Source: Thermoplasmata archaeon | GTDB lineage: Archaea; Thermoplasmatota; Thermoplasmata; Lutacidiplasmatales; SKW197 | DNA length: 64,000 nucleotides | Assembly (NCBI GenBank): GCA_038874435.1 | Contig: JAVZCK010000006.1 | Span: forward strand, 37,332-101,331 | Direction of reading: 5' to 3' | Shown: piece by piece, positions 62,932 through 64,000 of the stretch | How positions within the stretch are numbered: position 1 is the first letter of the stretch | Layout of the letters: every line of letters starts with the position of its first letter | The notes under the pieces: generated by a model | What the model was told of the DNA's origin: nothing | Databases searched by the model: none | Seen by the model: the letters and a program-made list of their open reading frames with translations, nothing else | Made by a program: the position numbers and the translations under genes

Positions 62932-64000
62932 ATGCCAAAGACAAAGAAAAAAGCAAAGAAGATTGAAGAGGTTTTGCTCAGAAAAAAAGAATCAATCTGG
63001 AAAAAAGCTAGTAAAAAGGACATTGATAATTTCTTCAAGTATGCTGAAGGTTATAAGAAATTTATGAAAGATGCGAAAACAGAAAGGGAAACAGTTGCAA
63101 AGGTTGTAGAACTTGCAAGAGCCAATGGTTTCAGAGAGCTTTCGGAAATCAAGGAAATGAAACCAGGCGATAGATTTTACGAGGTGAATAAGGAGAAGAT
63201 GGTGATTTTGGGTGTGGCAGGAAAAAAGAGCATAGGAGAAGGGCTTAACATTATTTCTGCGCATCTGGATTCACCGAGGCTTGACTTAAAACAGCTCCCG
63301 CTTTACGAAGATGGCGAGACAGAAATTGCCCTTTTCAAGACCCATTACTATGGTGGAATCAAGAAGTACCAGTGGGTTGCCTTCCCGCTTGCAATCCATG
63401 GCGTGGTTTATACAAAAGATGGGAAGAAAGTCACAATTAAAATAGGTGAAAAAGAAGGAGACCCGGTGTTCATCATCCCTGACTTGCTGCCGCACCTCGC
63501 AAGAAATGTACAGGGTGAGAGAAAGCTGTTTGATGGAATTAAAGGTGAGGAATTAAACATCATAGTGGGCTCAATTCCAGTGCAGGACGAGGATGCGAAA
63601 CAGAAGGTGAAGGTGGCTGTGCTAGATTATCTTAACAAGAATTACGGAATTGTGGAAGAGGATTTTGTGTCTGCAGAACTTGAAGCTGTGCCTGCAGTAG
63701 CTCCCATGGACTCTGGTTTTGACAGAAGCTTTGTACTTGCCTACGGACAGGATGACAGGGTCTGCGTTTACACTGCACTCACTGCCCTGATGGAACTCAA
63801 GAAGCCAGATAGATGGTGTCTTGCAGTTTTCTTTGACAAGGAGGAGATTGGAAGTGCTGGCAATACCAGTGCGACCTCCTATTTCTTTGAGAATTTTGTG
63901 GCAAAACTCTGTGCAATGTGTTCAGAACATCACTGCGGCTGCGATGTGAAAGAAGTGCTGGAACGAAGCAAAGCATTGTCTGGTGATGTAGATGCCGGCG
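62932..64000 (+). CDS. M18-family aminopeptidase (aminopeptidase 1 / ApeA-like), 3'-truncated by the window edge
   Basis: Open frame from the ATG at 62932 to the window end. 'GLNIISAHLDSPRLDLK' corresponds to the M18 'SHTDSPRLD' block. The Lys-rich N-terminus 'ESIWKKASKKDIDNFFKYAEGYKKFM' resembles the ApeA N-terminus. Confidence 0.6.
   Translation, partial: MPKTKKKAKKIEEVLLRKKESIWKKASKKDIDNFFKYAEGYKKFMKDAKTERETVAKVVELARANGFRELSEIKEMKPGDRFYEVNKEKMVILGVAGKKSIGEGLNIISAHLDSPRLDLKQLPLYEDGETEIALFKTHYYGGIKKYQWVAFPLAIHGVVYTKDGKKVTIKIGEKEGDPVFIIPDLLPHLARNVQGERKLFDGIKGEELNIIVGSIPVQDEDAKQKVKVAVLDYLNKNYGIVEEDFVSAELEAVPAVAPMDSGFDRSFVLAYGQDDRVCVYTALTALMELKKPDRWCLAVFFDKEEIGSAGNTSATSYFFENFVAKLCAMCSEHHCGCDVKEVLERSKALSGDVDAG

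Noticed and set aside
62844-63038. N-terminal 65-aa Phe-rich extension of the ABC ATPase ORF
   Set aside because: Not part of any ABC ATPase. The true start is the Met preceding 'KDAIRVDGLSKRFG'. The extension would also overlap the divergent aminopeptidase gene's promoter and start.
1-64000. tRNA, rRNA or CRISPR arrays
   Set aside because: All intergenic gaps longer than 60 nt were inspected (e.g. 12155-12224, 16557-16647, 20574-20650, 23226-23313, 25541-25747, 34990-35201, 43937-44025, 46510-46611, 47815-47924, 52854-52945). None shows a cloverleaf-compatible sequence, a regularly spaced direct repeat, or rRNA-like conserved blocks. A proper tRNAscan or CRISPR finder should still be run.

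Overview
This is a gene-dense archaeal chromosomal segment. It reads as moderately AT-rich, with K/E-rich proteins, although I did not compute composition. Archaeal identity is supported by aEF-1beta, ribosomal protein S17e, primase PriS, an AglB/STT3 oligosaccharyltransferase, an archaeal-type thiolase/HMG-CoA synthase/DUF35 mevalonate trio, an A24 prepilin peptidase and PEF-CTERM-like anchors. I found no rRNA, tRNA or CRISPR by eye.

The window holds three kinds of content:
- Housekeeping genes: dnaK, thrC, nnr, a P-type ATPase, ABC and MFS transporters, and M48/M50/M18 peptidases.
- A large cell-surface and secretome island at 35.2-38.6 kb and 44-60 kb. It contains beta-helix proteins, a 1642-aa subtilase, a 2169-aa AglB and many C-terminally anchored proteins rich in N-glycosylation sequons.
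- At 7.1-12.2 kb, the most notable item: a compact, translationally coupled four-gene minus-strand operon encoding a eukaryote-like ubiquitin system. Its parts are a ThiF/MoeB-type E1, a bona fide UBC-fold E2, a JAMM/MPN+ isopeptidase fused to a ~600-aa coiled coil, and a ubiquitin-like beta-grasp domain ending GG-Cys fused to a double-zinc-ribbon plus DUF835-like carrier protein.

Other points of interest:
- A STAND ATPase with an apparently inserted Roadblock/LC7 domain.
- A 47-bp direct repeat bracketing a three-gene secreted-protein cassette.
- A small Zn-ribbon gene missed by the ORF track, upstream of aEF-1beta.

All calls come from motif-level reading of the translated ORFs. No database searches were possible.
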